Origin: Rubricoccaceae bacterium
GTDB lineage: Bacteria > Bacteroidota > Rhodothermia > Rhodothermales > Rubricoccaceae
Length of the DNA: 63,330 bases
NCBI GenBank assembly: GCA_046292345.1
Contig: JBKBRC010000006.1
Location: forward strand, 12,473 to 75,802
Direction: 5' to 3'
In this document: piece by piece, positions 9,461-18,580 of the stretch
How positions within the stretch are numbered: position 1 is the first letter of the stretch
Layout: each line of letters begins with the position of its first letter
Made by a program: the position numbers and the translations under genes
The notes under the pieces: generated by a model
Told to the model about the DNA's origin: nothing
Database searches by the model: none
What the model saw: only the letters and a program-made list of their open reading frames with translations

Positions 9461-10162
9461 TCAGAAGCGCAGCCCGACGCCCGCGCTGAACGCTGGCGTG
9501 GTGGCAACGCTCCCGTCGGCGCCTTCGTAGACGCGCACGCCGAGCTCGCCGCTGAGGCCGAGGTTGCGCGAGAGCCCGTAGCGCACGCCCGCGCCGACCG
9601 TCCCGAAGAACTGGCCGTCGGGTGCGCGCTCGCCCGTCGGGTTGAGGTAGCCGCCTCCGGCGACGCCGTAGAGGCTCATTGCGTCGGCCTCGAGCACGGG
9701 CACGAGCACGTCGGCGCCGAAGGCCCGCGCGCGGCCGTCGCCCCCGTCGAGCGTCTGCTCGTAGAAGGCGCGGAAGCCCGCGCGCCCGGCCGGCTCGACG
9801 CCGAGGCGCACGCCGGCGACGTTGGCCGCCGAGAGGGTGGCGTCGAGGCCGCGCCCGGCATAGGGCTGGAGGCTCACACCGCCCCGGTCTCTGTAGCGGC
9901 GGCTCTGCGATGGTGCGGCGTAGCCGCGCTCGCCGGCGCGCCCCCGCCCACGGACGCCCTGCCGCCCGCGGCGGCGCGGGGGATCGGCGGTGAGGGCGGC
10001 GGCGAGACCGAGCTCGCGCGCCGAGCCGACGTCGGCGGCGTTTTCGGCCACGCTGGCGGAGGCATCCGGCGCCCCGGTCGTGGCCGCCGCGTGCGCGGCC
10101 GTGGGAGTGAACAGCGCCACGGCGAGCAGCAGCGCGGAGGTGGTGAAGAGTGCGGTTTTCAT
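9461..10162 (-). CDS. Outer-membrane beta-barrel protein
   Basis: Signal peptide MKTALFTTSALLLAVALFTPTAAHA, alternating Gly/aromatic beta-strand pattern and C-terminal GVGLRF. Confidence 0.6.
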   Translation of the reverse strand: MKTALFTTSALLLAVALFTPTAAHAAATTGAPDASASVAENAADVGSARELGLAAALTADPPRRRGRQGVRGRGRAGERGYAAPSQSRRYRDRGGVSLQPYAGRGLDATLSAANVAGVRLGVEPAGRAGFRAFYEQTLDGGDGRARAFGADVLVPVLEADAMSLYGVAGGGYLNPTGERAPDGQFFGTVGAGVRYGLSRNLGLSGELGVRVYEGADGSVATTPAFSAGVGLRF

Positions 10163-10281
10163 GTCTCTGTGAGGGTTTGTGGTGGGTGTGGAGAGGGACT
10201 GTGGAAGGAAGGAGGAGGCAGGTAAGGAGGAGTGCGGTGTAACGACGCGGTCAGGGCAGGGACAGAGCCCTCGGCGAGCGC

Positions 10282-11241
10282 TCAGCGGGAGCGATCGCGG
10301 CGGCGAGGCGGCTCGCGGCGGTCGCGCGGGGCATCGCGCTCGCCGCGGCGGGCGCTGCGCTCGTTGCTGCGCGCATCGCCACTGCCGACACGCACCAGGC
10401 GGCCGTGCGGGGTGTCTACCAGGACGCCCTCGAGGCGCACGCGCGCGCCCTCGCGCAGCTCGATCCCGAGACGGCGGGCGTCGCGCTCGTCGAGCACGAC
10501 CTGCGTGCCGTCGCGCAGCAGTACGCCCGTGACGTCACCCCGTCCGTCCTCGAGCACGTGTTCGATGCGGCCGTCCACGCGCGCAGTCATGGCCGCCTCG
10601 CCCCGCCGGTCGCGCTCGCTGCGGACGGCACGCTCGCTGCGGGCGTCGCGCTCGCTGCGGACGGCACGCTCGCTGCGGGCATCGCGCTCGCTGCGGACGG
10701 CACGCTCGCTGCGGGCGTCGCGCTCGCTGCGGGCGTCGCGCTCGCTGCGGCGGTCACGGCGGGGGGGCTCCGCCTCGAGCCGGTCGCCGGTGCGGACGTT
10801 CTCGATCACCTGCGCTTGCATCACGCGGCCCGTGCGCAGCCCTACCACGCGGATCTCGTCGCCGGGGCTGGCCAGGCGCTCGGCCGCGCCGCGCTGGTGC
10901 GAGGGCACCTCGACCTGCGTGCCATCGCGCAGGATGAACCCGCGCACCTCGCCGCGCCCATCGAGTAGGTAGGCCTGCACGCGTCCGCGCACGGGGCGGT
11001 CATCGCCGGCCTCTCGGCCGAACAGTCGCGCGACGGCACGGCCGACGCGCGAGTCGGGCGCGTCCAGCGCCGCGTGCGCGGCCCGCAGGTCACCGGCGCG
11101 CGCGCCGTGCCGGTGGGGAGGGCCATCGGTGTGCGCCACGCGGACAGTCGGCGTGGCCGCGTCGGACGACGACGCCGTCCGGTAGTTGTGGTACTGAAAC
11201 CCGAGCCAGAAGGCCAGGGCGACGAGCAGAAAGCGTTTCAT
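10282..11241 (-). CDS. Hypothetical exported protein with two homologous domains joined by a charged SERDAR/SERAVR repeat linker
   Basis: Signal or TM segment MKRFLLVALAFWLGF. The domain LLDGRGEVRGFILRDGTQV is repeated as LEDGRGDVTGVLLRDGTQV. An 18-bp in-frame repeat array lies between the two copies. Confidence 0.6.
   Translation of the reverse strand: MKRFLLVALAFWLGFQYHNYRTASSSDAATPTVRVAHTDGPPHRHGARAGDLRAAHAALDAPDSRVGRAVARLFGREAGDDRPVRGRVQAYLLDGRGEVRGFILRDGTQVEVPSHQRGAAERLASPGDEIRVVGLRTGRVMQAQVIENVRTGDRLEAEPPRRDRRSERDARSERDARSERAVRSERDARSERAVRSERDARSERAVRSERDRRGEAAMTARVDGRIEHVLEDGRGDVTGVLLRDGTQVVLDERDARRLGIELREGARVRLEGVLVDTPHGRLVRVGSGDARSNERSARRGERDAPRDRREPPRRRDRSR
10611..10754. repeat. 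In-frame 18-bp (36-bp super-unit) tandem repeat x8 inside a CDS
   Basis: CGCGCTCGCTGCGGACGGCA / CGCTCGCTGCGGGCGT units read directly. They encode alternating SERDAR and SERAVR hexapeptides. Confidence 0.9.
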
Positions 11242-11439
11242 GGGAGAGACGTAGTCAGGTACGCCCTGCCCCATAAACACAATCGTGCCAGTTCTCGGAT
11301 CGGCCCGTACGGTCTCCTGGGGCCGTATTCGCGGCCAAGGTGCGTGGCCGTGCCGGGCGGCTTCCGCTCACCTCGCGGGCGGCTCCCGCCCACCGCCGCA
11401 GGCGCTCGTAGCGCCTCCGGGTTAGTCTCCGCAGCGCCT

Positions 11440-12045
11440 CTAGGTAGCCTCCGCGCCGCGCGCCGCGAACGCTGCCGCGAGGCGCACCGTCCATGCGCGC
11501 ACCGCCTCGAAGTCAGCCGGGCGCGGCCCGCCGTCGATCTCGCAGACCGGGAGGGCGCGGTGCGCGCCGCAGGCTGCGAGCAGCGCGTCGAGGCGGTACG
11601 CGGCCGTGAGGAAGTACGGGTTGTAGTCTCGGTCGCCGAGGCCGACGACGCCGTAGGCCACGTGGGCGAGCGGCGGGCCGAGCTCCTCGAGCGCCTCGGC
11701 GAAGGCGACCGCGTTGTCCGGGAACGTGCCGTTGGACCAGGTACACGTCACGGCCACGAGTTGCCGGTAGTCGGCGAGCATCTCGGGCACGGCGTCGGCC
11801 ATGTCGAGCACGTGCGCGGCGAAGCCGAGCTCGCCGAGCGTCTCGGCCACGGCGTCGGCCACGAGCTCGGAGTTGCCGGTCTGCGTGCCCACGAGCACGA
11901 GCACGTCCGGGTGCGCGGCCTCGAGGTCGAGGCCGCGCACCGCGTCGGTGTCGCGCAGACCGCCGTGCGGTCCGCCGTGCGGTCCGCCGTGCGGGTTGTC
12001 GCGCGGGTCGTCGCGCGGGTCGTCGCGCGGGTCGTCTGCTGCCAT
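11440..12045 (-). CDS. Flavodoxin-domain protein with a repeat-encoded N-terminal extension
   Basis: FMN-binding loop LVLVGTQTGNSE and VVGLGDRDY. The N-terminus is MAADDPRDDPRDDPRDNPHGGPHGGPHGG. The start lies 8 nt downstream of the metalloprotease stop. Confidence 0.75.
   Translation of the reverse strand: MAADDPRDDPRDDPRDNPHGGPHGGPHGGLRDTDAVRGLDLEAAHPDVLVLVGTQTGNSELVADAVAETLGELGFAAHVLDMADAVPEMLADYRQLVAVTCTWSNGTFPDNAVAFAEALEELGPPLAHVAYGVVGLGDRDYNPYFLTAAYRLDALLAACGAHRALPVCEIDGGPRPADFEAVRAWTVRLAAAFAARGAEAT
11959..12036. repeat. Two abutting in-frame 12-bp tandem repeats (3 + 3.5 copies)
   Basis: (A/T)CCGCCGTGCGG x3 at 11959-11994, then GT(T/C)GTCGCGCGG x3 plus a partial copy at 11995-12036. 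They encode (HGGP)3 and (DDPR)3 directly after the start codon. Confidence 0.92.
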
Positions 12046-12053
12046 CGCTGGCG

Positions 12054-14699
12054 TCAGTCGAGTCCGTGCCAGCAGGCCGGCCCGTGCACGTGCGTCAGGC
12101 CGTCGTGGCCGTCGGTGACGGCGGTGTCGAGGGCGAACGCCGTGCCCCCGCCGGCGGGACGTGCCACGCCGGCGCCGCGCGGGTCGAGGAGTTGGTCGAT
12201 GCGCGCGGCGATGTCGGCCAGGTGGAGCCGCTCGGCGCGGCGGCTGTCGGCGCGGTAGCGCGCCTGCGCCTGCGCGACCTGCTGCCGGAGCGCGACGAGT
12301 TCGCCGCGGGCGAGCGGGCGCACGTCCGAGCGCGAGGCCGTGATGGGCGTGTTCTGGAAGCGGTTGAGCCCGAGCTGCGGGCCGGCGGGTGCGTCGTCGT
12401 TGAGCAGCACGCCCAGGCGGTCCACGTGCGCACGCTGGAGCGCGCGGCGGCTCGGGTCGATGGCCGCGCCCTGGGCGAGCTCACGCCAGAGCCCCGCGCG
12501 CACGTCCGCGAGCAGGTCCGCGGCGCGGTAGGCGTCCTCGCGCATGAACTCGGCCTCGAGCAGACGCGCGAGGCGTGGGAAGCTGAGCAGGTTGGCCAGC
12601 GTGCCCTCCTGGAAGGCGCGCACGCGCTCGACGGCGCCGGCAGGCTCGACGCGGCGCAGGAGCGAGGCATCGAGCAGCCAGTCCGGGCGTACGAAGCCCT
12701 CGCGCAGCAGGAACTGCACCGCCTCGCGCTGGCGCGCCGCCGGAACGGGCGTGAAGACCGCGCCGTCCTGGTCGGCCGTCTTGTGGTCCATGTGGACGCC
12801 CCCCACGACGCGCGTGACGTGCCCGAGGTAGCGGTTCCACTGCCCGACGATCTGGCCGTAGACCTCGTTCATCGTGCTGTAATCCTCGCCCGGCTCGGTC
12901 ATCCAGGTCTGGAGGTTGGGCACGATGCGCTTGAGGTTGGCCAGCCCGTAGGTGGAGGCCCGCACGGGGTCGTCGCCGAGGTCCTCGGCCTGGCTGCGCG
13001 GATCGAACGGGTTGCCGAGCTGGTTGCCGAAGCGCAGGCGCGGGTCCTCGGCGGCGCGGCGCGTCATGGCGAGCAGGATCCGCCGCTCCTCCTCCTCCGA
13101 CTGCGCGTCCGGGAAGTAGCGGTACCCCCACTCGATGGCCCACTTGTCGTAGAGCCCCACGCGCGGCATGACCTGCGTGACGCCGTCGCCAGGCTGCGCG
13201 ATGTAGTTGAAGCGCGCGTAGTCCATGATGGAGTACGCCGTGCCGTGCCGCGCGGTGTAGGTCGGCGAGCGGAGGCTGTCTACGGGGACCGCGTTGGAGG
13301 CGATGAAGTTGTGCGGCAGGCCGAGCGTGTGCCCGACCTCGTGCGCCGAGACGAACCGGATCAGCTCGCCCATCACGTCCTCGCGGAAGCGTGGCCCGCG
13401 CGCGTCGGGGTTGATGGCGGCCGTCTGCACGAAGAACCAGTTGCGCAGCAGGTTCATCACGTTGTGGTACCACCCGATGTCGGACTCGATGATCTCGCCC
13501 GAGCGCGGGTCGGCCACGTGCGGGCCGTAGGCGTTCTCGATGTCCGACGCGAAGTAGCGGATGACGGAGTAGCGCGCATCCTCGGGGCTCCAGTCGGGGT
13601 CCTCCTCGGGGCTCGGCGGGTCGAGCGCGCGGATGGCGTTCTTGAAGCCGGCCGCCTCGAAGGCCACGTTCCAGTCCTCGACGCCCTGCTTGAGGTAGGG
13701 CCGCCACTGCATGGGCGTGGCCGGGTCGATGTAGAACGTGATGGGCTTGACCGGCTCGACGAGCTCGCCGCGGCGGTACGCCTCGACGTCTCTGGGCTCG
13801 AGGCGCCAGCGGACGGCGTAGCGGCGCTGCTCGGCGCGCTGCGCGTCGAGCCCGTAGTCGGTCTGCGTGATGCCGAAGTAGCCCACGCGGGCATCGATGC
13901 GGCGCGGGCGCATGGGCTCCCGGGGTAGCAGCAGCAGCGAGTGCGCCATCTCGAGCGTGATCACGCCCGTGGCGGGGTTCGAGGGCGGCTGCCCCGCCTC
14001 GTACGTGAGCACGTTGCGGATCTCGACGTTGATCGGGTAGGCCGAGGCGCGCGTGAGGTAGGAGCGCGCCGGGTCGAGGCGGCGCACGCGGAACTGCTCG
14101 CGCCGGCCGCTCTGCAGGCCGAGGGCCGGCACGTCGGTCGTGAAGAGCTCCGTCAGTTCGACGACGGCCGAGGCCGAGTCGGGCCCGAAGGCGCGGATAG
14201 GCAAGCGCGCCAGGATCGGCTCGAACGAGGACGCCTGTACGGCCTGCGCGATCGGCAGGCTGTCGGCGGCGACGATGTTGTAGCGCAGCGTGCGCAGCAG
14301 CAGGTGGTTGCCCTGCCGCTCGAAACGGACGAGCTGGTTGCCGGAGCTCTCGCCCCCGTACCCGATGCCCTCGGCCGTGCGCGCGATGCGCGACTTGAGC
14401 AGCATGTCGCGGCCGAGGAGCGAGTCGGGCACCTCGGCGAGCAGCTTGGCGCCGTCGTCCTGGAGGTGGAGCGTGAGCAGGCCGCGCCGCGTGACGGTGC
14501 CCGGGGTGATGACGCTCGCGTACGGGCGCGGGCCCTGGTTGGCCTGGGCGCCGCCGCGAGCGGCCTGCCCGCCGGCCTGAGCGCCGGCCTGGGCAGCCCC
14601 GTTGGCCGCCGGCGCGGGGGCGACGGGCGCCGAGGGCCGCGCCCCCGAGCAACCGGCTACGCCGAGAAGAACGAGGGAGAGGAGTACGAACCTCTGCAT
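12054..14699 (-). CDS. Exported zinc metalloprotease (met-zincin, DUF5117/DUF4953-type)
   Basis: Lipoprotein signal MQRFVLLSLVLLGVAGC and zinc site SAHEVGHTLGLPHNF. This is the real gene inside the artefactual 2033-aa ORF. Confidence 0.8.
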   Translation of the reverse strand: MQRFVLLSLVLLGVAGCSGARPSAPVAPAPAANGAAQAGAQAGGQAARGGAQANQGPRPYASVITPGTVTRRGLLTLHLQDDGAKLLAEVPDSLLGRDMLLKSRIARTAEGIGYGGESSGNQLVRFERQGNHLLLRTLRYNIVAADSLPIAQAVQASSFEPILARLPIRAFGPDSASAVVELTELFTTDVPALGLQSGRREQFRVRRLDPARSYLTRASAYPINVEIRNVLTYEAGQPPSNPATGVITLEMAHSLLLLPREPMRPRRIDARVGYFGITQTDYGLDAQRAEQRRYAVRWRLEPRDVEAYRRGELVEPVKPITFYIDPATPMQWRPYLKQGVEDWNVAFEAAGFKNAIRALDPPSPEEDPDWSPEDARYSVIRYFASDIENAYGPHVADPRSGEIIESDIGWYHNVMNLLRNWFFVQTAAINPDARGPRFREDVMGELIRFVSAHEVGHTLGLPHNFIASNAVPVDSLRSPTYTARHGTAYSIMDYARFNYIAQPGDGVTQVMPRVGLYDKWAIEWGYRYFPDAQSEEEERRILLAMTRRAAEDPRLRFGNQLGNPFDPRSQAEDLGDDPVRASTYGLANLKRIVPNLQTWMTEPGEDYSTMNEVYGQIVGQWNRYLGHVTRVVGGVHMDHKTADQDGAVFTPVPAARQREAVQFLLREGFVRPDWLLDASLLRRVEPAGAVERVRAFQEGTLANLLSFPRLARLLEAEFMREDAYRAADLLADVRAGLWRELAQGAAIDPSRRALQRAHVDRLGVLLNDDAPAGPQLGLNRFQNTPITASRSDVRPLARGELVALRQQVAQAQARYRADSRRAERLHLADIAARIDQLLDPRGAGVARPAGGGTAFALDTAVTDGHDGLTHVHGPACWHGLD

Positions 14700-14755
14700 C
14701 GGGTCTGAGGGGTGTGGTGGGAGGAAACGGAATCTAGCAGGTCCGGGCCGGTCGC

Positions 14756-16060
14756 CTAGCGCGCCAGCGCGCTCTGGACGGCCACGAGGCGGTCGGTGCC
14801 GCGCTGCGGGTCGGCCAGGAAGACGAGCGCCGTGAAGAGCGCCGGCTGTCCGAGCGCGACCTGGCGGCGGCGCGGCGGGTCGTCCGGAGCGGCGTAGGCG
14901 TATGCGTAGCGGCCCTGCTTGAGGCGCAGCGTAGCCTCGTAGCGGGCCTGCTCGGGCAGCCATGTCATCTGGCCCTCGGGGCGGAGCTGCCAGTCGGTGA
15001 ACGGCCCGTGGACGAAGACGGGCCCGGGCGAGGGGCGCCCGTCCGGCGGGGCGTAGCGGAACGTGACATCGGCATACTCGGCGTCGGTGTCGCCCTGGCC
15101 GCCGTCGGCGAACGCGGAGCGGATGCGCGCGCGGCCCGAGAGGTCGTCGTCCCGGAGGTCGCGCGCGAAAAGCCCCGCGTCGACGCGCAGGCGGACGGCC
15201 GGCGGGCGCGCCGCCAGGTCGGCCTCGTCCACGTCCGGCCCGACCGAGAGGCGGCCGAGGTCGAACGTGAACAGGGGCGGCGCCGGCGCGAACGCCTCGC
15301 TGCGCGGCAGCAGGAACTGGTAGAGCGCGAGCCCGACGAGCCCCGGCTCGGGCGCGCAGCGCAGACGGTCCAGGCGGCCGTTGCGGGCGAAGCACGCCGT
15401 GTACTGGAACGCCTCGAAGCCGGCCAGGCGCGCGCCCGGCCGCACGCGCGCCGCCGGCTGGATCGTCACGCCGGCGCCGCCGGCCAGCGCCGTCCCGAAG
15501 AACAGCTCGGCCTCGGCCGACTGCTCGCTCACCCAGAACGGGATCTCGAAGAGCGCCTCGGTCTCGCCGGGCTCGGTCACGCGCAGGCGGTAGGCGCCGC
15601 TGAGCCGGAAGCCGATGGTGGCGTTGGGGAAAGTGTAGCGGTAGTGGACGTACGAGACGGCCGTGTTGCCCGAGACGCGGTAGCCAAGCAGGTCGTCGCG
15701 GTCGAAGCTGGTCAGGAACTCGGTCGGCAGCAGGTCCGGGCGGCCCTGCCGGTCCGTGTGCACGAACTCGACCGAGAGCGGCCGGCCGGTGCCGGCCTCG
15801 AGCAGGTCGAAGGCGAGCGTGAGCGTCTCGCCGGGCGCAAGCGTCAGGATGGGCAGCGACGCCTCGTCGCCGGTGCGGTAGAGCTGCACGGTGCGCACGC
15901 GCGCGTCGCGGGCGGCCGTCTCGGCGCCGGGCGCGCGTTCCCCGAGCGCGTCGAGCCGCGCCGCTTCCTCGGGCGTCAGGCAGCCCCCGGCCGTGCTTCC
16001 GATCAGGAGGCCCGCAACGAGGCAGGCGAGAAAGCGGACGGCGGAGCGCGGGCGCGGCAT
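14756..16060 (-). CDS. Lipoprotein, possibly DUF5103 / type IX secretion plug-like
   Basis: Lipobox GSTAGGC. The N-terminal block VRTVQLYRTGDEASLPILTLAPGETLTLAFDLLE and the size (434 aa) are reminiscent of DUF5103. The family assignment is from memory only. Confidence 0.45.
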   Translation of the reverse strand: MPRPRSAVRFLACLVAGLLIGSTAGGCLTPEEAARLDALGERAPGAETAARDARVRTVQLYRTGDEASLPILTLAPGETLTLAFDLLEAGTGRPLSVEFVHTDRQGRPDLLPTEFLTSFDRDDLLGYRVSGNTAVSYVHYRYTFPNATIGFRLSGAYRLRVTEPGETEALFEIPFWVSEQSAEAELFFGTALAGGAGVTIQPAARVRPGARLAGFEAFQYTACFARNGRLDRLRCAPEPGLVGLALYQFLLPRSEAFAPAPPLFTFDLGRLSVGPDVDEADLAARPPAVRLRVDAGLFARDLRDDDLSGRARIRSAFADGGQGDTDAEYADVTFRYAPPDGRPSPGPVFVHGPFTDWQLRPEGQMTWLPEQARYEATLRLKQGRYAYAYAAPDDPPRRRQVALGQPALFTALVFLADPQRGTDRLVAVQSALAR

Positions 16061-16162
16061 GGCGGGGGCAGAACTCGGGGCCAAGATAGGCTCCGAGCCT
16101 CCCGCCGTGAGGGCCAATTACCGTCCCACCGACCCCAGGGAGCCTGCGCGGGGCGCGCCTCT

Positions 16163-18406
16163 TCATTCCCCTGGAGGGTTGGCGGCCGCACGCCATGCGA
16201 TCCGCGTCCGCAGGTCGCGCACGACCTCGGCCGGCCCCTCGGCGCCGACCGCACGGTAGGCCGCCTCGGCCTGCGCCGCGAGCCGCTCGGCCTCGCGCAG
16301 GCGACCGGCGCGGTAGGCCATGCCTGCCGCCTGCGCCGTGAGGAAGCGCGCCACGCCCGCGCGCTCGCCCGCCGCAACGCGCCGCGTGGCCGCCCCCCGG
16401 TACCGCGCGAGGCGCCCGAAGGCCTGCTCGAACGCCCCGGCCTCGGCCTCGAGGAGCGCCGCGAGGACCTGCGCCGCAGGGTCCGGCCAGACGCCCAGGC
16501 GCGCGGCCCGGCTCTGCAGCGCCGCCGAGTCGGACGGGACGGCCAGCAGAGGCCGCAGCGCCTCCGGGCCGAGTGCCGCGCGCAGCGCCAGGCGCGCCCG
16601 CGCGGCAGACGCGTAAGGCGGCAGCGCGCCGAGTGCGGCGGCGTAGGCGCTGTCGGCCGAAGGGGTGCCGGCCAGACGGCGGGCATCGCCGAGAGCCTGC
16701 CAGCGCGCGGGCGAAGCCGGGAAGGCCTCGGGTTTCAGGTCCGCCGCGACGGCAGCCGGCGGGCGGGCGCCCTCGGCCAGGTCGAGCGCCGCCAGGCCGA
16801 GCAGGGCCGGCTCGTGGCCCGGCGCGCGTGCGCGGGCGGCCGCGAACGCCGCGCGGGCGGCCGCGGCGTCGCCCGCGCGTACGGCCGCCTGCCCGGCGCG
16901 CGTGAGGCGGACGTGCCGCGGGACGTGGTGCGGGCAGCGCACCTCGAACAGCGACGGCGCGCCGAAGCGCCACGCCGCGACGGCCGCGGCCTCGGCCGTG
17001 ACGGGGACGGTGCGCACGTGTGCGGCCCACTCCTCGGCGAGCGCCTCGAGCGAGCGCCCGTAGGGCGAGAACGACCCCGTACGGTAGGCCGCGCGCAGCG
17101 GCTCCGGCCCGTAGCGGTCGAGCAGCCAGCGCACGAACGCGCCGGCGGTGGTGTAGCTGACGCCGGCCCGCCCGGACCAGAAGCCCAGCGGCTGCATCGT
17201 GCGCGCGAGCGCGGCCGAGAGGTCTTCCGAGACGCCCCCCGACGCGTCCGCGTCCAGGCGCAGCGCGGCGGCGACCTGCTGCTCGGGCGCGGGGAGCCCG
17301 TCGGGCGGTTCGAGCGCCACCGCCAGGCCCTCGACGAGCCCGATGGCCCACGTCGCGCCCGTGACCGGATGCCCGAACGACTGGCTGAACGCGTGCGCGA
17401 GCTCGTGCCCGAACGAGGCGTCGAAGGCGGCGTCGAGCAGGTGCATCTGCGCGGGGCGCCGCCAGACCGGCGCCACGCTCGTCTCGCGCGCGCCCACGAG
17501 CCGCCCGCGCGCGTCGGGGTCGGGGTAGAGGAACGTCAGGAACGGTCCCGGCGGGGCGGTGCCGAGATCGGCCGCGAGGCGCGCGTAGCGGAAATGGTGC
17601 TCCTCGACAACCTGCGCGAGGCGGGTGGCGGACGTGCGCGCGGGATCGTAGTGGATCACGAACGGACCGCTGCGGACGGTCGCGCCGAGCGCGCGCGCCA
17701 GGCTTGCCTCGGACTGGTTGAGGCCGAGCGGCACGCGAAGCGCATACGCCAGCGCGAGCAGCACGCCTACGAGAGACAGGGCCAGCCAGATCGGACGGCG
17801 GCGCGCCGGCGGGCGGCGCAGGGCCGTCCCGAGCAGGACCAGCCCGAGCGTCCACAGCACCGTCAGCGCGCGGAAGACGAACAGGCCGGGTCGGATGGCC
17901 AGCTCCTCGTCGTAGATCGGCCCGAGGACGCCGCCGAAGACGTGGTTGTAGGTGAAAAACTGCGGGTGCAGCAGCAGGTCGAACGCGACCCCGCTGAGCC
18001 CTACCAGCACCCCCCCGGCCACGAGCAGCGCGCCCGCGAAACGCCCGCCTCGGGCCGCGAGCGCCCACGCCGCCGCGACTCCCAGCGGCGCGCTCGGCAC
18101 GGCGAGCACGCCGAAGAGCAGCAGACCGAGCGCGTAGCCGCAGTTGGGGCGCCACAGGAGCGAGAGCGTCAGCAGGGCAAGTGGGACGCCAAGCAGCGCC
18201 ACGTGTCGCTGCGTCACGCGTCCGAGCGGCTCACCCCGCCGGAACGCTCCCACTCCGGACAGTCCGGCCACGAAGAACGCCGCCCCCCCTACGACCGCCG
18301 ACGACTCGGCGTGCAGCACGCCGAAGACGGGCACAGGCCAGAGCGCGGCGCAAACGGCCGCGTAGGCCGCCGCCGGCCCCCACAGCGCGCGGCGGGGCGG
18401 CGTCAC
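16163..18406 (-). CDS. Polytopic membrane protein with a gluzincin-like HExxH domain and C-terminal TPR-like helical repeats
   Basis: About 8 hydrophobic segments in the first ~270 aa, then HELAHAFSQSFGH, then an Ala/Leu-rich repeat region. Confidence 0.6.
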   Translation of the reverse strand: MTPPRRALWGPAAAYAAVCAALWPVPVFGVLHAESSAVVGGAAFFVAGLSGVGAFRRGEPLGRVTQRHVALLGVPLALLTLSLLWRPNCGYALGLLLFGVLAVPSAPLGVAAAWALAARGGRFAGALLVAGGVLVGLSGVAFDLLLHPQFFTYNHVFGGVLGPIYDEELAIRPGLFVFRALTVLWTLGLVLLGTALRRPPARRRPIWLALSLVGVLLALAYALRVPLGLNQSEASLARALGATVRSGPFVIHYDPARTSATRLAQVVEEHHFRYARLAADLGTAPPGPFLTFLYPDPDARGRLVGARETSVAPVWRRPAQMHLLDAAFDASFGHELAHAFSQSFGHPVTGATWAIGLVEGLAVALEPPDGLPAPEQQVAAALRLDADASGGVSEDLSAALARTMQPLGFWSGRAGVSYTTAGAFVRWLLDRYGPEPLRAAYRTGSFSPYGRSLEALAEEWAAHVRTVPVTAEAAAVAAWRFGAPSLFEVRCPHHVPRHVRLTRAGQAAVRAGDAAAARAAFAAARARAPGHEPALLGLAALDLAEGARPPAAVAADLKPEAFPASPARWQALGDARRLAGTPSADSAYAAALGALPPYASAARARLALRAALGPEALRPLLAVPSDSAALQSRAARLGVWPDPAAQVLAALLEAEAGAFEQAFGRLARYRGAATRRVAAGERAGVARFLTAQAAGMAYRAGRLREAERLAAQAEAAYRAVGAEGPAEVVRDLRTRIAWRAAANPPGE

Positions 18407-18460
18407 CGCAGGACCCGGCCAGGCCGCACGGAACGCCCCGGAGCCGCGCCGCGCACCGCC

Positions 18461-18580
18461 GCGCCGCTCATAGCAGCCCCGCTCATAGCAGCCCCGCTCA
18501 TAGCAGCCCCGCTCATAGCAGCCCCGCTCATAGCAGCCCCGCTCATAGCAGCCCCGCTCATAGCAGCCCCGCTCATAGCA
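18461..18580. repeat. 15-bp tandem repeat GCCCCGCTCATAGCA x8
   Basis: Eight head-to-tail copies (the first has 1 mismatch). The last copy (18566-18580) contains the TGA stop and last two codons of the DUF3078 gene. Confidence 0.97.

Noticed and set aside
11272-11291. CTGGCACGATTGTGTTTATGG (minus strand), a possible sigma-54 promoter ~45 nt upstream of the 10282-11241 gene.
   Set aside because: The -24 TGGCAC is perfect, but the -12 element reads TGTT instead of TTGC, so the invariant GC is missing. I keep it only as a weak possibility.
12054-18155. A 2033-aa minus-strand ORF spanning three gene-sized regions.
   Set aside because: Only the last 881 codons (from MQRFVLLSL at 14699) look like a real protein, with a signal peptide and HEVGH zinc site. 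The upstream part is Arg/Ala/Pro/Gly-rich read-through in a stop-poor frame of very GC-rich DNA. It overlaps well-supported genes in other frames.
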